DNA of 39,645 nucleotides from Perkinsus olseni (Eukaryota): NCBI GenBank assembly GCA_013115125.1, contig JABANN010000320.1, positions 1 to 39,645 of the forward strand, read 5' to 3'. Shown piece by piece: positions 11,790 to 24,032 of this stretch (position 1 is its first letter; each line of letters starts with the position of its first letter). The notes under the pieces were generated by a model. It saw only the letters and a program-made list of their open reading frames with translations, ran no database searches and was not told where the DNA came from. The position numbers and the translations under genes were made by a program.

Positions 11790-12248
11790 TCAACCTTGGA
11801 TACTACTTGGCCTAGCCGCTGCAACTCTCTGCCGTACTCGACGTAAACTGCCCTCAACAGTCTCCCTTTCCGGCAGTCTCTTCACCACTTCTTCCGGTAA
11901 CCCTTCCAACGTCTTGTCATAAATATCGGAAATCTTCACCGTCGCGTCATTGGCCGCCGTAAGCTTCATTTCTGCGCAGATTTGCTCGACACTCGAGTTG
12001 GGTTCACCACACACATGGTCCTTTAGAGGCAGGTTGGCAACAGTGAGATCTTTGGGGTCGCCGTTGAGGTCCCCCTTCACAGTTAGTCTAACGTTGCAAC
12101 GCTCTTTCTTAGTGGCGTTGACGCAACGCCAATAGGAAGTCTGTAAAGTGGCTCTATTGTGAAGGTAGAGGTAACCTCGATAGGCGAGCAAGGGCCATCG
12201 CCGTCCACTCGAGTTTGCTATGAATTGGATCTCATTATCGTCAGCCAT
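11790..12248 (-). CDS. FLYWCH-type zinc-finger protein, tandem paralogue, single exon
   Basis: 152-aa ORF: LLAYRGYLY..SYWRC-x8-C..H-V-C, then IYDKTL..LPERETV..LRRVR; same architecture as its neighbour. Confidence 0.82.
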   Translation of the reverse strand: MADDNEIQFIANSSGRRWPLLAYRGYLYLHNRATLQTSYWRCVNATKKERCNVRLTVKGDLNGDPKDLTVANLPLKDHVCGEPNSSVEQICAEMKLTAANDATVKISDIYDKTLEGLPEEVVKRLPERETVEGSLRRVRQRVAAARPSSIQG

Positions 12249-12312
12249 TGAGATTAAGAACTGAAAAGCGCCACAATTTAGCTAATCTCGTATTATGCGA
12301 CGTGTTGTTTCA

Positions 12313-12327
12313 ATTTAGCGCGCGCCC
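12313..12327. promoter_or_regulatory. Candidate promoter element ATTTAGCGCGCGCCC
   Basis: Lies in the 113-bp gap between divergent start codons (12248 minus, 12362 plus); identical 15-mer at 25260-25274. Confidence 0.4.
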
Positions 12328-12361
12328 GTGACCATAATTTTGCAGCAGTACCGCGGTTCTG

Positions 12362-13809
12362 ATGGCAGGGAGGCTTTCTTCCCGCTTCCTTCTTTTGGAG
12401 CTACAGCCAGTGGACGGCCAGACATCCCTTGGCAACATCCTCAAGGCCGGCTTGGAAAATGATGTGAAAACGGCAATTCGTAAGTCGGGAAAAATTACCA
12501 TGGAAAAATGATGAATCTGAAAAATTTTTTCTCATCAAAATCGTCATGCGAATGCTCGGGTGAAGCCGTACGGGAACTCACGGGTTCCGTATAAAAATTA
12601 CCTAGGCCACCGAAGCTCGCTTCTTGCGCGACCGGACAGCGACGTCCAGGCGCCACGTCGTGTCTACAAATTACTGAGCCTACTGGGGACCCAGTACTGC
12701 AGACTCGTGTCTTCATCCTTCATAGAAAGGTCGGGTTGCAAGCCAGGTAGTTCACTGTTAACAGTTAATATTTCTCACGTAAAAAAATCAATTTTACGCA
12801 ATTTTCCGATAAATGGAGTTTTTATCCGGTTTATTTGAGATTGGCGACTCTAAATTTTCAGAGAAGAGATTGCACTCGACCGCTAAATGGCGTAGGAACG
12901 CTTTTCAGCTTCATAGTTGGTCTTGGGAATATTTTAATCGCGTTGGCGATTTCCTATATTCCTCCGCCGTCGAGACTGATCGGACGCTTTCGTAGCTAGA
13001 GGTGTCAGAAAAGTGATTATCAGATACGAATTTTGGTGATTACGGTGCGGCTATGGTCGGACAAGTGACGAAGGTTTTTGAGATCATCGAAATCACGCCG
13101 AGGATAGTTATTGCTGTTATCAAGGTGAACTGGGGGTCGTAGCATGAGGGTATCTTAGGTTGATCATGGGTGATTATAGTGAGTAAGATATTTCTTCGAA
13201 ATGATGCTGGGGTTGCCGAGCCGTGCGCACCCTTGTGTACGAGTACTAATCGAATAGCTCTTTAACGATGAAAATTTTCCGATTTCCCGTGATAGTTACT
13301 TCTGAACTAATCGTGACTGGCCCTCCTGTCAGGAGGTTGATGCGGGCGACAAACAGTTGAAAAGATACTCGGCGCCGTCGGGGTCCGTTGTCAGCGTCAA
13401 TATTATATTTTCTAGTATCTAGCCCATAAGGGCATTACTAGCGGAAATTTTTGGCGATGGTTAATGAATATCTTCGTTTTTGGGAGGCTGGACACAGGGG
13501 TAGGAAAGCGCGTATACTTTTTCTAGGTACCGGCGGCGCACGTTAAGGATTGCTTGGCAAGCTTGGAAGTATCTTTGAGAAGTGTCAAGGTTGGTAGTGG
13601 TCGAGAGGTACCTATCAAATTCAATTTACTGGATACTGTTGGAGCCGCGTCGAATGTAATGTTTCACGCAAGCTTCGACCTAAGATTCCCTGGAGGAAGT
13701 TTCTCACAATCAGGTACGAAAGCGTATCTTGTATCGCGCTGTCGAGGTTGGTGTTGTTGGGGAGGTCGAGTTGAAAGATATTTCGAAACGGTTAGATTCC
13801 TTGGGTTGA
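12362..13809 (+). CDS. POP5: RNase P/MRP subunit, Pop5/Rpp14 family (4 exons)
   Basis: Exons 12362-12479, 13024-13124, 13527-13655, 13714-13809 join in phase: MAGRLSSRFLLLEL..DVKTAIHTNFGDYGAAMV..IAVIKVPAAHVKDCLASL..LLDTVG, matching the Pop5 pattern RYLLFE / FGDxGxa / vsG. Not visible as a single ORF in the track; Pop5 versus Rpp14 is not certain. Confidence 0.72.
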
Positions 13810-13879
13810 TGTTTCAAAAAGTGATATGTTTTGCTAAGTGGGGTATGAATCTTAGTATATCAATAGGTTGTGCTAGTCG

Positions 13880-14005
13880 GATACGAAAGAGGTTGAATGG
13901 GGGAAGATACCATTTAGGCTGGGTTTGGAAGATACGAAATAGGTTGAATTGGAACTATTCGAGATAGGTTGAATTGGGAAGATATGAGATAGGTTGAATT
14001 GGGAA
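13880..14005 (+). repeat. Minisatellite, about 5 copies of a 25-nt unit (GATACGARATAGGTTGAATTGGGAA)
   Basis: Units start at 13880, 13906 (diverged), 13931, 13956, 13981; intergenic. Confidence 0.85.
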
Positions 14006-14191
14006 GATCTGGTTGGCACATGTTGGGTCATCGAGACTCTGCAGAGACAAAATTGGGGCGTCCGGTCAGCTCGAAAAGATACGGTGTAAGTCGACGCGAA
14101 AGGGTGCGCGGACGTCCTCCACTGGTCGATGATCATGGCGTGTATTAAGTTCCTACCAGTATAATTCAACCCCAGTCCCCCTCCTCCCTTC

Positions 14192-17100
14192 ATGTTGATC
14201 AATCGTCCCTCTCCAGCCGTTTACAGGCTAGCTGCCGCTGCCTCAAGGAGAGCTGTCACCAACCTCTCGGTGTCTACGCATCGTGTTGGTCAGCAGGACC
14301 GGCGTCCACCTCCTCCTAAGGTACGGCTGCTGATACCACTCCTTTCGCAATTCTCACGCAACTAACTAGGTATTACCACCGCCTCCTCCACCGCCGCGTA
14401 AGGCTCTCATACCGATACCGCAATTGATAGACTCGATGACGGAGGCGATACAGAATGGAAAAAACGGGGAAGCCCGGAATATTGCGGCAGCCGTCTTGGA
14501 GCGGCGGACCGAGATGGCGGGTGAGGGTGATGGGAATCTTTGAGTATCTTAGGTTGACCTTAGGCTCTCTCGCGTGGTCGGATATAACGGTACTTATGTG
14601 GGGTTTGTGTGCTTTGAAAGAAAAACGCATGATGACGGAGCTGATAGAAGGCCTCGGTATCGATACGCTCATGCGAGAGTGTCCACCTGTCGAGTTGGGG
14701 TAGTGCTGGGGCGCTCTGAATATCCTTTGCAGTGCGGTGAGTAGGTACATGGCCCACTATATGTCGCTCGATGAAGGCAGTAACTCGATGTCGAGGCGAA
14801 TGGCTGCATCAGCTGTGTCGAGGATGGTGGAGGGCGGGGCTGCAGAGGTCGACGTGGAGGTATTGGGATGTTCGCGAAGCGATTGCAGCTACTCCCTAGA
14901 GGAAGGATCCGTCTTCTTTGGACAGTACTTAGCAGAGAGGGGACGAGAGATGAATGAATTTGTCGAGAAACGCTTTTTGAAAGATAAGGGTGCCTGTAAT
15001 GTTAGACGATGAAACATTCGGTTTTGTGTAGACTGTCTCCAACACCAAAATAGAACTGGTAGACAGAATGCTGTCGGCCCGGCATCTTCGTTTGTCTTGA
15101 CCTTCAGTCGCTTCTGGTAGCATTACGGGTGTTCACTGATCGGGACTTCGCCGAGAGGAAGGGAACTGACTGCACGACTGAGCTGGACTGGTGAGACGGT
15201 TGAACGAGCGTCTGTGGTTGGGGCTTGATTAGTTGCGATAGAGTTGGTAGGAGAAATTTTCAAATTCACATTGCGCTCGGCCCAGCAATATTGGGGCGTT
15301 GCCATCTCTGCACAGTATACTCTGTCAATAAAGGGCCAACACCTGGGTGAACATTGCGCAGTAAATAGTAGTCCACTGCTCGCGATTTTGTCGTCGTCTT
15401 TCTCTGATGAAGTACTTCGAGCGACGGTACTTGTGTTTTCGTGGAGGAAGTGAAGAGTCATGAATGCGTTGAACGGGTTGGGTCAGGTGGGTTGATTGCG
15501 GTTTCTTCTTTGTAGGGGCCTCCTCGTGCCGGCTCTCCGGGCTTTGTCGTCTCCGGAGGCGCTGGAGAGGATATCTACTGACGACTTGATCAACTGTCTG
15601 CTGGGAACTGGGGTAAGCTTCGGGCTGCGCTGCCCCTCCTACGATGAGGATTCTCGTCCGATGTTATCGCTGTCGTCTCGTACGTGAGTGCTCGACCTTT
15701 TTTCAGATTGCTCGAAGCTTCGAAGTAGCGCCAGATGTCCTGGGGGTGTTCTTAAAGACCGCAGCAGAGAGATTGGGGATGACTGATGAGGTGGATGAGG
15801 GTCGTTGGTGTCGGGTCGGATGACAGACGGTGTGAGTTCAGGCGCCGAGTCTCGAGGATCGCGCTAAGATCTATAGAGCAGCATGCCGGAATATTCTGGT
15901 GGATAATGAAGATGCTGCGAGAGCGAGAGAAAGCGTTGCAGCTAATTTCGATGATGGGAAAGTACTCGCGCAGGTGAGTGCAAGTGGATCCAGAGGGTAT
16001 GTTGCCAACATAATGTTGGTCGCAGTTTATTTACAGACCGGCAATAGCTCAGTTGGTAGAGCGTCCGACTGTAGCGGAATAGTCATCGGATGGTCCCTGG
16101 TTCGATTCCGGGTTGCCGGATTTAGTCTTATATTCAGCTACCTCTCGCTATCTGTATGTCTGATGTCCTATCCCCGGCCCTCCACTCCCAGTAAGTTCAC
16201 ATGCAGGTCACTCGCTCGTTCCACCGACCACCTGTGACGTGGCGTCACACCGCACTGCCTGTGCCCTCAGGGTCGAAGACTCCGGACGACGGGAACGCAT
16301 CGCCGTGGCTTGCGTACGGGATATTTTAAATCCCATGACTCGGTGAAACCTCCGGCGAATACGCCAGCGCAGTCTTATCCATCTTTTCAGGGATGATTGG
16401 TTCTTGCTGTCTCTGGACGAGCTCACTATAGTCGCTAAGGCGTGCTTCGATGCGGCTATGGCGTCGGTGCCCGGCTGGCTTAGAGAACAAGGAATGCCGG
16501 CATGTGAGTGCCCGTCCATTCGCTCCGTCCGTTCATCCGAGCCCGTCAGATTTGGGCGTTCTCTTGTCGATTGGTCGAACTCGTCGCGAAGAGGTCGCCC
16601 ATCGTGGCATGGGGTACGTCAACCTTCGAGGAGCCCCAGTGTATGACTTATCAGCATTCGTCCGGCTCATGAGTGCCACGAGGATATTCCACTACAAGGC
16701 TCTGGGGACAAGTGAGTCATCTTCACAAGTGGTTCGGGTTGAGTCCGCCATCTCTCAGTTGCTGATGTCATCTGCGATGCTCCGCTAGAAGACATATCTT
16801 TGAAAGTGTGCTTCCGAACGCTTCGAGCAAGCAGCTCTCTACGCTGGTATGAGCAAGAGATGTAATAATGGTCGGGGTATCTTCCACTGACTGCGGGGTC
16901 ACCTCGCCGGGGTGAGAGAGGAGACCTAACAGTCTTACAACAGCATGGTTGATCTCTCAACATTACATGTCGCGTGACTGGAGGCCAGCCTTTCCACTGG
17001 CTGACTCACCTTCTGTTGGACTTTCCGCGGATCTTGCTAAGTGGAGGCGTCTGCAGCGATCCGAGAGTCGTGTATGATTGGCAGGGTCTCAGGTTCACTA

Positions 17101-18303
17101 AAATTTCGACAGCATTGCTGACCCGGGTAACAGAGAGCGGTGGAATCTTTTCGGACGACCGACCTGATACGAGGCTACTTCACCTAGCTCCGGCGATTTA
17201 CCATCTGGCACTCTCTGCCCACATCTCCCCTGAGCTTGCGAGTGCTATCATGGAGGAGTTCCAAGGTGGGCTCGCACAGGATCCCAGCATCGGGTGACTC
17301 TGGATGGTTCATAAGATACGACTCGGGTATCGAAGCGACTGCAGCAGTGGGCCACTGTGCTGGCGACGGAAGGGGGTGCTGATGAGCAGTCGGCTATGCG
17401 GAGGCTGGTCGGAGCGTCAACTCAGATGGTGTGGGCGGCCGCGGCTATGCGGTTCATCAGCCAGGAGGGAATGCTTCCGGCAACTGTAGTTAGATGGTCA
17501 GCCTTTAATAGTATTGAGTGTCGTTTATTCGATCAGATCACCAAGCCTGTGTTTGAGATGCTCGTCGACCTTGCGGACTCGGAGGGAATGTCCTCTCAGA
17601 AGCTGGGCTCATTGGCTGCCATTAATGATATGTAGTAACTGCACCTATCTTATGCAGAAGGGTATCCGAGCGGCTATGAGAATCAAAGGGACAGTCTACA
17701 TTTTCCGTCGCTTTGCCAGGTATAAATTCAGCAGCGATCTCACTTTCGCACTGCGAGAGGCGGAGTTAAGGAGGGAGGGTCCATTAAGGAGTCGAGCTAC
17801 GGAATGGCTACGAGGGAAGCTCGGCGCCAGTGGAGCCAGTTTTACTGAAGCGTAGGACCGTTGTCGACCCGGGTTCGACCCTAGCACCCGGTATTTTCCT
17901 CAGGTTTGCTGATAATGAGCTCACTGGTGGGTACACTGTCGATATCGTTATTGGTGATCCCTCGAACAAACACGGGGTTCTAGTGGCTCCTCGGAACGCC
18001 TGTTACCGTAGTCATTTGGATGGCCGGAGGGATCGAGCTCCGATGTAAGGCTGGAGTGGCGCTCTTATCAATGGAAGATCAATGTCTCTCCGCAGTAGTG
18101 CTAAGTGGGTGAAAATTGATGGTTGATTTAGGGTTACCCAACTGAACGTGGCTGCACTGAAAAAGCTCGGCTGGAAAGTTGGTATCATTTATGAGGCCCT
18201 CCTAGAGCCAGCCAAGTCTACACAGAATCTCTCGGATGATACCGGGATGACCTCAGAGGTGATGCTCGGCGTGATCGAAGGTGTGCTGTGTCGATCGAAA
18301 TGA
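14192..18303 (+). CDS. RAP-domain protein, multi-exon, probably organelle (mitochondrion)-targeted
   Basis: N-terminus MLINRPSPAVYRLAAAASRRAVTNLS is Arg/Ala/Ser-rich and acid-free; helical middle exons; C-terminal NELTGGYTVDIVI..ALKKLGWKVGII fits the RAP domain pattern; stop 18301-18303. Confidence 0.72.
16038..16120 (+). tRNA. tRNA-Tyr(GTA) with 10-nt tRNA intron, nested in a spliceosomal intron
   Basis: CCGGCAA..TCCGA CT GTA G [CGGAATAGTC 16075-16084] A TCGGA..TTGCCGG A; host intron 15974-16206. Confidence 0.95.
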
Positions 18304-18916
18304 ATCGCTGTTCTTCGAGCTCTCAACTGTTCCAGTGTATTTTCAGTTACGAAAAGCCGGGGTTTTGCCGACCGAGGAATAGGAGTTTCCAAGTTCAATC
18401 CTAATTCATAGAAATAATCTAAACCGTTTCAGACAACACGTGTTTCGGATGTCTTTAAAGTCTCGCGTTCCAAGGCCTCCGGGCTCGTCGCAGATGGGCG
18501 CCAGAATTATACCCAACTTTTTGATCATGACAAAACCATCAGAAATGTTTCAGCCGGCGGTCCTTATCGCCATCGGTGCAGTGACGATATTTGCGATGAA
18601 TCGAGGTAATAGCGGGCCGCTGGATTCACAACTCTGAGCTTCTCAGTAGTAATCGATTCCGATACGAAGAGATCATTTTGAGTTGATCTCTTCGACACGA
18701 AAGGTAGCTCACCGTTGAACAACGAGGCTACCTGGCAGTGAAAGGCTACGTTGCGTGTCCTCTCTAGCGGAGCGAAGCCTTTGGATATTACTGATGCTGG
18801 GGTCCCTGCATGTTTGGCCGGGACACGCGCACAGAGTCTTGTGATGCTGGCTGGGTGTTCAGTAGACCTATCGTGATTCCTCCTCCCAGTCGTTCGTTCC
18901 TGCATTTACTAACATT

Positions 18917-21900
18917 ATGGACAAAAAACCCGTGAAATTGTACGAGTGGCCCTCGGCCAGCGACGGGTGGGAGCGTACTCGACGTGCGGAGCGAATCCAA
19001 AATCTTCGGAGTGCGTAGAAGTGATGAATCTCGACGGTGACTGCTTCAGGACGCAAACGACATGAACGAAGTCGTTTGGAAACAGCAGATGAGATGAAGT
19101 CCCGATGCGCTGCAGAAAAGGCCGCGCAAGATATGCTCTCGGTACTGTTCGAATTGGTGATGATGGTGGCAGTGCATCTATTCGGTTCAGCATGCCCGGG
19201 GTGTCAAAGGGGGGCAAGGGAAGATCGTACTCCGAGGGCCAGCTATTGTTACTCGCGGGAGGACTCCACTCCGACTGCATTACTTCCCCACGAGGTAGCG
19301 TGCTGGAATGGAAGATTGCTGGGTCCCGCTGAAAGGTCGTATATTGGTCATTAGCGTGGACCAATGGTGGACGCTCCGAGAGGCGAGAAATACCTTTTCT
19401 AGTGGAGAACAACCCCGATTGAACTCCGGCTGTTGGTGGTCTCTGTAGTAGTCGGTTGCGAATAGCTTGTCTCTCGTTCGTTTCGATTCAATGGTGAAGT
19501 TGTCGGTCAAAAATGTGGGAATTGGTGGTGAACCTCCTTACCGATATGTTTCTGGTCCTTTAGGAACCGCGCGGAGGTCGCTAGGCTCCTGCTAGAGATC
19601 AGCCATGAGCCCTATGAGGCGGTGTGCTACTTCTATCAAACATTCGTAAGTCTACAGTATCCCTGCAGGCGACTGAGGCACTTCTGTCTCAGTTGAACTG
19701 CCGCTCGCAATTCCCCTTTGGCGAGTTGCCGGTATTGGAGCTTTCAGATGGAACGTAATACCGGCTTTTCGGACACTCGTTGAGCGAATTAATTGACAGT
19801 CAATATGTTCATTTGACGCGAGTGTGGACTTCGCACTGTTAGGGAGTTCAGCTCCCACTCTCGTTGGCGAATTTCGGGTGGCCGTAGAGTCGCCAGCTGC
19901 TGTACTGCGTCGAAAGCACCGGATCCCATCCGAACTCCCAAGTTAGATCATCGGATGAGTTTTGTTCAGCATGATCGTGCAGCAGCATACTATTGTCCGC
20001 TACATCGCTGATATCGCCAGAATGAATGGCGGTAGGAGTAGAGTTAAGCAGGCCAAGGTGGACATGGTAATAGCCGGATATTTTCGAAGCAATTTTTGCG
20101 GAATCTTGAAATCTCAGTTGGATACGAATGTTATGGTATTGGTATGTCTGTTCTGATCTCAGTTATTCGAGCAGCTGGTTGACATGTTCGAGTCGCACAC
20201 ATTCTCTTGGGATGCGCTGAAGAAAAACTACTTCAAGGAAAGCGTGACTGATGTACGTTTATATTGGCAGGGGGTGTAGGAAACTGGTTATCGGCTGTAC
20301 CGGAGACTCTCCGGCGAAGAGGGCCTCTTGTCTGAGAGAGTCATTTCTCCCGGATATACCATCTGTTCGAGGAGTCTTTCTCTCTCATCATATGAGAGAA
20401 AAGTCGGGGAAAATAACATGATCAGACTTCGCGTCTCATGACGAAACGCACATGTGGCAGTGGATCAAATTTCGAATCTGGATACTGTTCCGGCGTCCAC
20501 ACAGTGGAGTTTCACCCGTTATACGTGAAGTGGCGTTTTTCTCCAAGTGAAAACCGCGAAAATCGCGGTGTGAAATGAAGTCAAATCACTTCACGAAATA
20601 CACATGGCCGTAAGACCACTTCGCGAAAACTAAGTTTATAGCTAAAAACGGGATGTAATTCGCGTTTTTCACGTCATCAGAGTTGCCCGCTTGGCGGTCT
20701 TCTCGTGAAATTTCACTGCAGTTTTTCGCCAAGTGGAAAACACAAAAACACGAAATAGACATGAATGCGAAATCGGAGCATTTAGCGTAATACATATCGC
20801 AATTTGCGAGTGGCAAATATCACCATCTCGCGTCTCGCCTATATTTTTGAATGAAACTCGTTTCTCGCGAAGTGATGTGGCCCAGCGGCGAGGGCGGCTT
20901 CCACATGAAAGGTGCATGCTCAGCGCACCGAGAAACTTCGGGTTTCCCGGCAGACTGCCGGGTAACCTGGACGCAGACTGACGCAAACTTAGACTGCCGG
21001 CGGCAGTAGCACGTTACTACAAGTATCGCAGGAGTAAGTTATCTTGCTAGCAGATTGTTGCGTCATAATTGATGCCAATCTCTTCGCTTCTTACTGCCGA
21101 TCTCCCTACATCTGTGGAAGCTCTGGAACTAGCGCACGCTCAGGCCGACATGTTTGACGGCACGTTGCGGCCCTTGCCGTCTGGAGGGCGGAGCAATACT
21201 TGATAGCGTATGCGCAACCAATCTTCAATTCGCTCTTTCACGGACTTGCTCATATGGGAGTCGTACGCTATCAAATACGGCATAGTCTTGGAACTGGGTA
21301 ACAAGCTTTCGTCGTCCAATCCTATTACCAGGAAGACTCAGAAGAGCAGCATGATGCGGGGAACCTGCCAGGACATCACAAAGGTGGCTAACCACTTTGG
21401 ATACCCCATTACGGAGCTCGTGGACCGTCTAACCTTCCTCTACGATTACGAATTGGACGAGGCCCTTGGGCGGTCGCCACGAGATTAAGGTCCGCAGGAT
21501 GGGGAGTTGAGTGAGCAGACGGCCCGTCCTCCACCTCAGCCTCATCCTGGACGGGTGAGTTCGTTGATGCCGCCACTCTGGCCCGAGAACGTGTATCTGA
21601 CGAGAGAGTGACAAGCCTGCTGTTCTCCGTGGAGAGCGACACCATCTTGCTGGTGAACCGCGGTGGTACAGAATTCTTCTTGATTCTCCGGATTCTCCGG
21701 TCACGAGCCTGCGTTGTTTAGCCTGGTCTCGAAGGAAGGTCTGATTCTTGTCGACTGCACGCGCCCATTGAAGTACAGTGTTCACTACTCCTCAACTCAA
21801 GGGCGGACTTTGCAATCGTTTGTCTTGACGCTTGGATAATGCTTGCCCCTCGTTCGTGCTTGACGTACATAGCGATTGCCAAGTGGCATATCGGCTGCGC

Positions 21901-23261
21901 GTCTGGCCGAGAGATATATCATCGTATTGCGCACCTGTGGCATTGATAGCAAAGCGATTGCTTAGAAAGTCATCGTTGTCAATATTTTTTTCAACACTCC
22001 GAGGCCGACATGACCTGGAGTTCTCAGGAGTTGAGAAACTCCGTGGGTCCGTTGGAAAACCTGCGATTGGTCGAATATTTCCCCTCGTTGCTGAGGCTCA
22101 ATGCAATGGCGGACTGCTGATCCCTCTGGACAGGTACCCGATGTAAGGTCTGTCAGCGAGATGTCATTGGCTGATGGCGATCTTTCACCGTGGAAGTAGT
22201 ACACTTCTCAGACTCGGGCGATCGGAGGCAGTGCGGTTTCAGGTACTCGGTTATGGTACTGAAAACTTTCGAGAAGCTGCTTCGCGAGAACAACGAGAAG
22301 AGCAAAGAGTGGAGATGGTTGGACGGTAAGGCCCTAATACGTGGCAGTTCGGGTTGAGGCTACGTTGTTGACGGGTGACCAATTTTCTGGGCCACTTCGT
22401 CTCTGGGTGGTACCATGTTGATATTGCGTTGATACTATCAACGCAAGAGTATTCTCGGCATATTATGTCGAGAATACTCTTGCGTTGGCACTCATTAAGT
22501 GGGAAATGTCGCAGGGGAGCTTACGCCTTGTTGTCACACTGTTTTACGGGGTTTTTAAGGCTTATGATGATAAATAATTCATCACATAAACGTCTTCGAT
22601 GCTCACACGATGAATGATTTAAATGTTACATTCATTGCGTTACTTGTGTATGCGACTTTTCACGAATCGTACCATCGTCCTGGGTTGGTAGGAGGTGCTG
22701 TTGGTTTCCTCTGAGAAGCTCCACGTCAACGAGCAGTGTTGAAACCCAGCGGGGCGTATGTTCAGATGGCCCCTCAGAGGGGCCCCCTCTGTTACTCTCG
22801 GGGGTCACGCTGCTCATACTTGACGCCCCGCTGGACTCCTTTCCCTCATCAGGTTCCACGAAGCTTTCCTACGCGGATGTTTATTTATTCACTAAATTAT
22901 ACGAACTAAGTGAAGTGGATCAATGTGGACCTGAGTGAGCATCAGCCGCCATCGTTCTGCCTCCCTTATAAGTTACCATAGTTACGGTACGACCTTCCAA
23001 GTCCCTTTTTTGGTCAAGCTACAGGAAAAGATCGAAGTACAGCGGCTGGAGTCCAGCCTTCGCACCGGAGAACTTGATGTTTTCTTTTCAGTGGATAGAT
23101 GCCGTTCAGCATTACCTCAGCAGCGGCAGATTGATGCCGAGACACAATTCACAGTGAGGGTGTGTTTGTAGAGAAATCGCAGTCGAGCGGTGAGGATCAG
23201 GTACTCATTTATACCGAGCAGGCATAGCTTCCACGACGCGCTGGCACCGATCTCGGAGTAG
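18917..23261 (+). CDS. Glutathione S-transferase family protein with basic N-terminal extension, multi-exon
   Basis: Spliced motifs LRLHYFPTR|NRAEVARLLLE, FPFGELPVLELSDGT|MIVQQHTIVRYIA, AKVDM, LKTFEKLLRENN..G|STKLSYADVYLF, PFLVKLQEKIE; stop 23259-23261. Confidence 0.82.
21072..21660 (+). pseudogene. Decayed ORF inside a long GST intron (possible mobile-element relic)
   Basis: Frame from ATG 21072 is interrupted by TGA TAG (21201-21206) and continues in frame through ORF 21210-21488; no GST similarity. Confidence 0.35.
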
Positions 23262-23849
23262 GGTTATTCTAAGCGGATTCTTGAAGTGTATCATCATTCT
23301 CTAAGTGCCTTTTACAGTGTTGAGTGCGTCAGTTTTGGGATGAACTGTGGACCGATTTCGAGTTATTAACGGGCGGGAAGGTGTGATGTGACCTGTAGGC
23401 TGTTTCGGGAACTGGAAGATTCCAGTAGGGTTGACTGCTGGCAATTTTTGTCATATCGTTGCTGCATCATCAGTCGCAAGCATCTCCGTAACCAAGCTTC
23501 TTCCTCAGCACTATCGAGTGAAATCACACGGCGGGTTGGACAACTGAGGCGGCTGAATTCCACTTGAACTTGGTTCAACTTGATTCAACTCAACGCTTAT
23601 CTCGCCGGAAGAGGAGGAATTTTTGATCTTAAGATCCGTCGTATCAGCATAGTAGGTTGCAGATCCAAATCTGACGGCGCATTCTTAGGGTTCTTGCTAA
23701 GAAGTTCGTGCTTAGTTGGTACTACCAATTTGATATAGCACCTTATTTGCTCTCTTGCGACGCGGTTCCTCTACTAGAGAATGATGAAAACATTTCCGTT
23801 CTGAGTTTGGCGCATATCGATTGGGGGCGCTTGATTCGACACCAAATCA

Positions 23850-23922
23850 GCCTTCGTAGCTTAGTTGGTAGAGCACCCGCTTAGTAAGCGGGAGGTCGTC
23901 GGTTCAACTCCGGCAGAAGGCT
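23850..23922 (+). tRNA. tRNA-Thr(AGT), G7:A66 mismatch
   Basis: GCCTTCG..CCCGC TT AGT AA GCGGG..AGAAGGC T; T5 run about 14 nt downstream. Confidence 0.88.
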
Positions 23923-24032
23923 TATTTGGCAGCTCTTTTTGATATGGATCCCCTACTGGAGAATAATTAATACATTTCCGTTCTGAGTTTGGCGCATATC
24001 GATTGGGGGGCGCTTGATTCGCTGTCAAATCA

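Noticed and set aside
13880-14005. CRISPR-like array
   Set aside because: Units are contiguous with no unique spacers, no cas genes are present and the context is eukaryotic.
17869-17882. Isolated B-box-like GGTTCGA words (also near 33733)
   Set aside because: No A box or cloverleaf nearby.
18915-19510. Minus-strand ORFs of 165 and 76 aa
   Set aside because: Overlap in-phase plus-strand GST exons, which have motif support.
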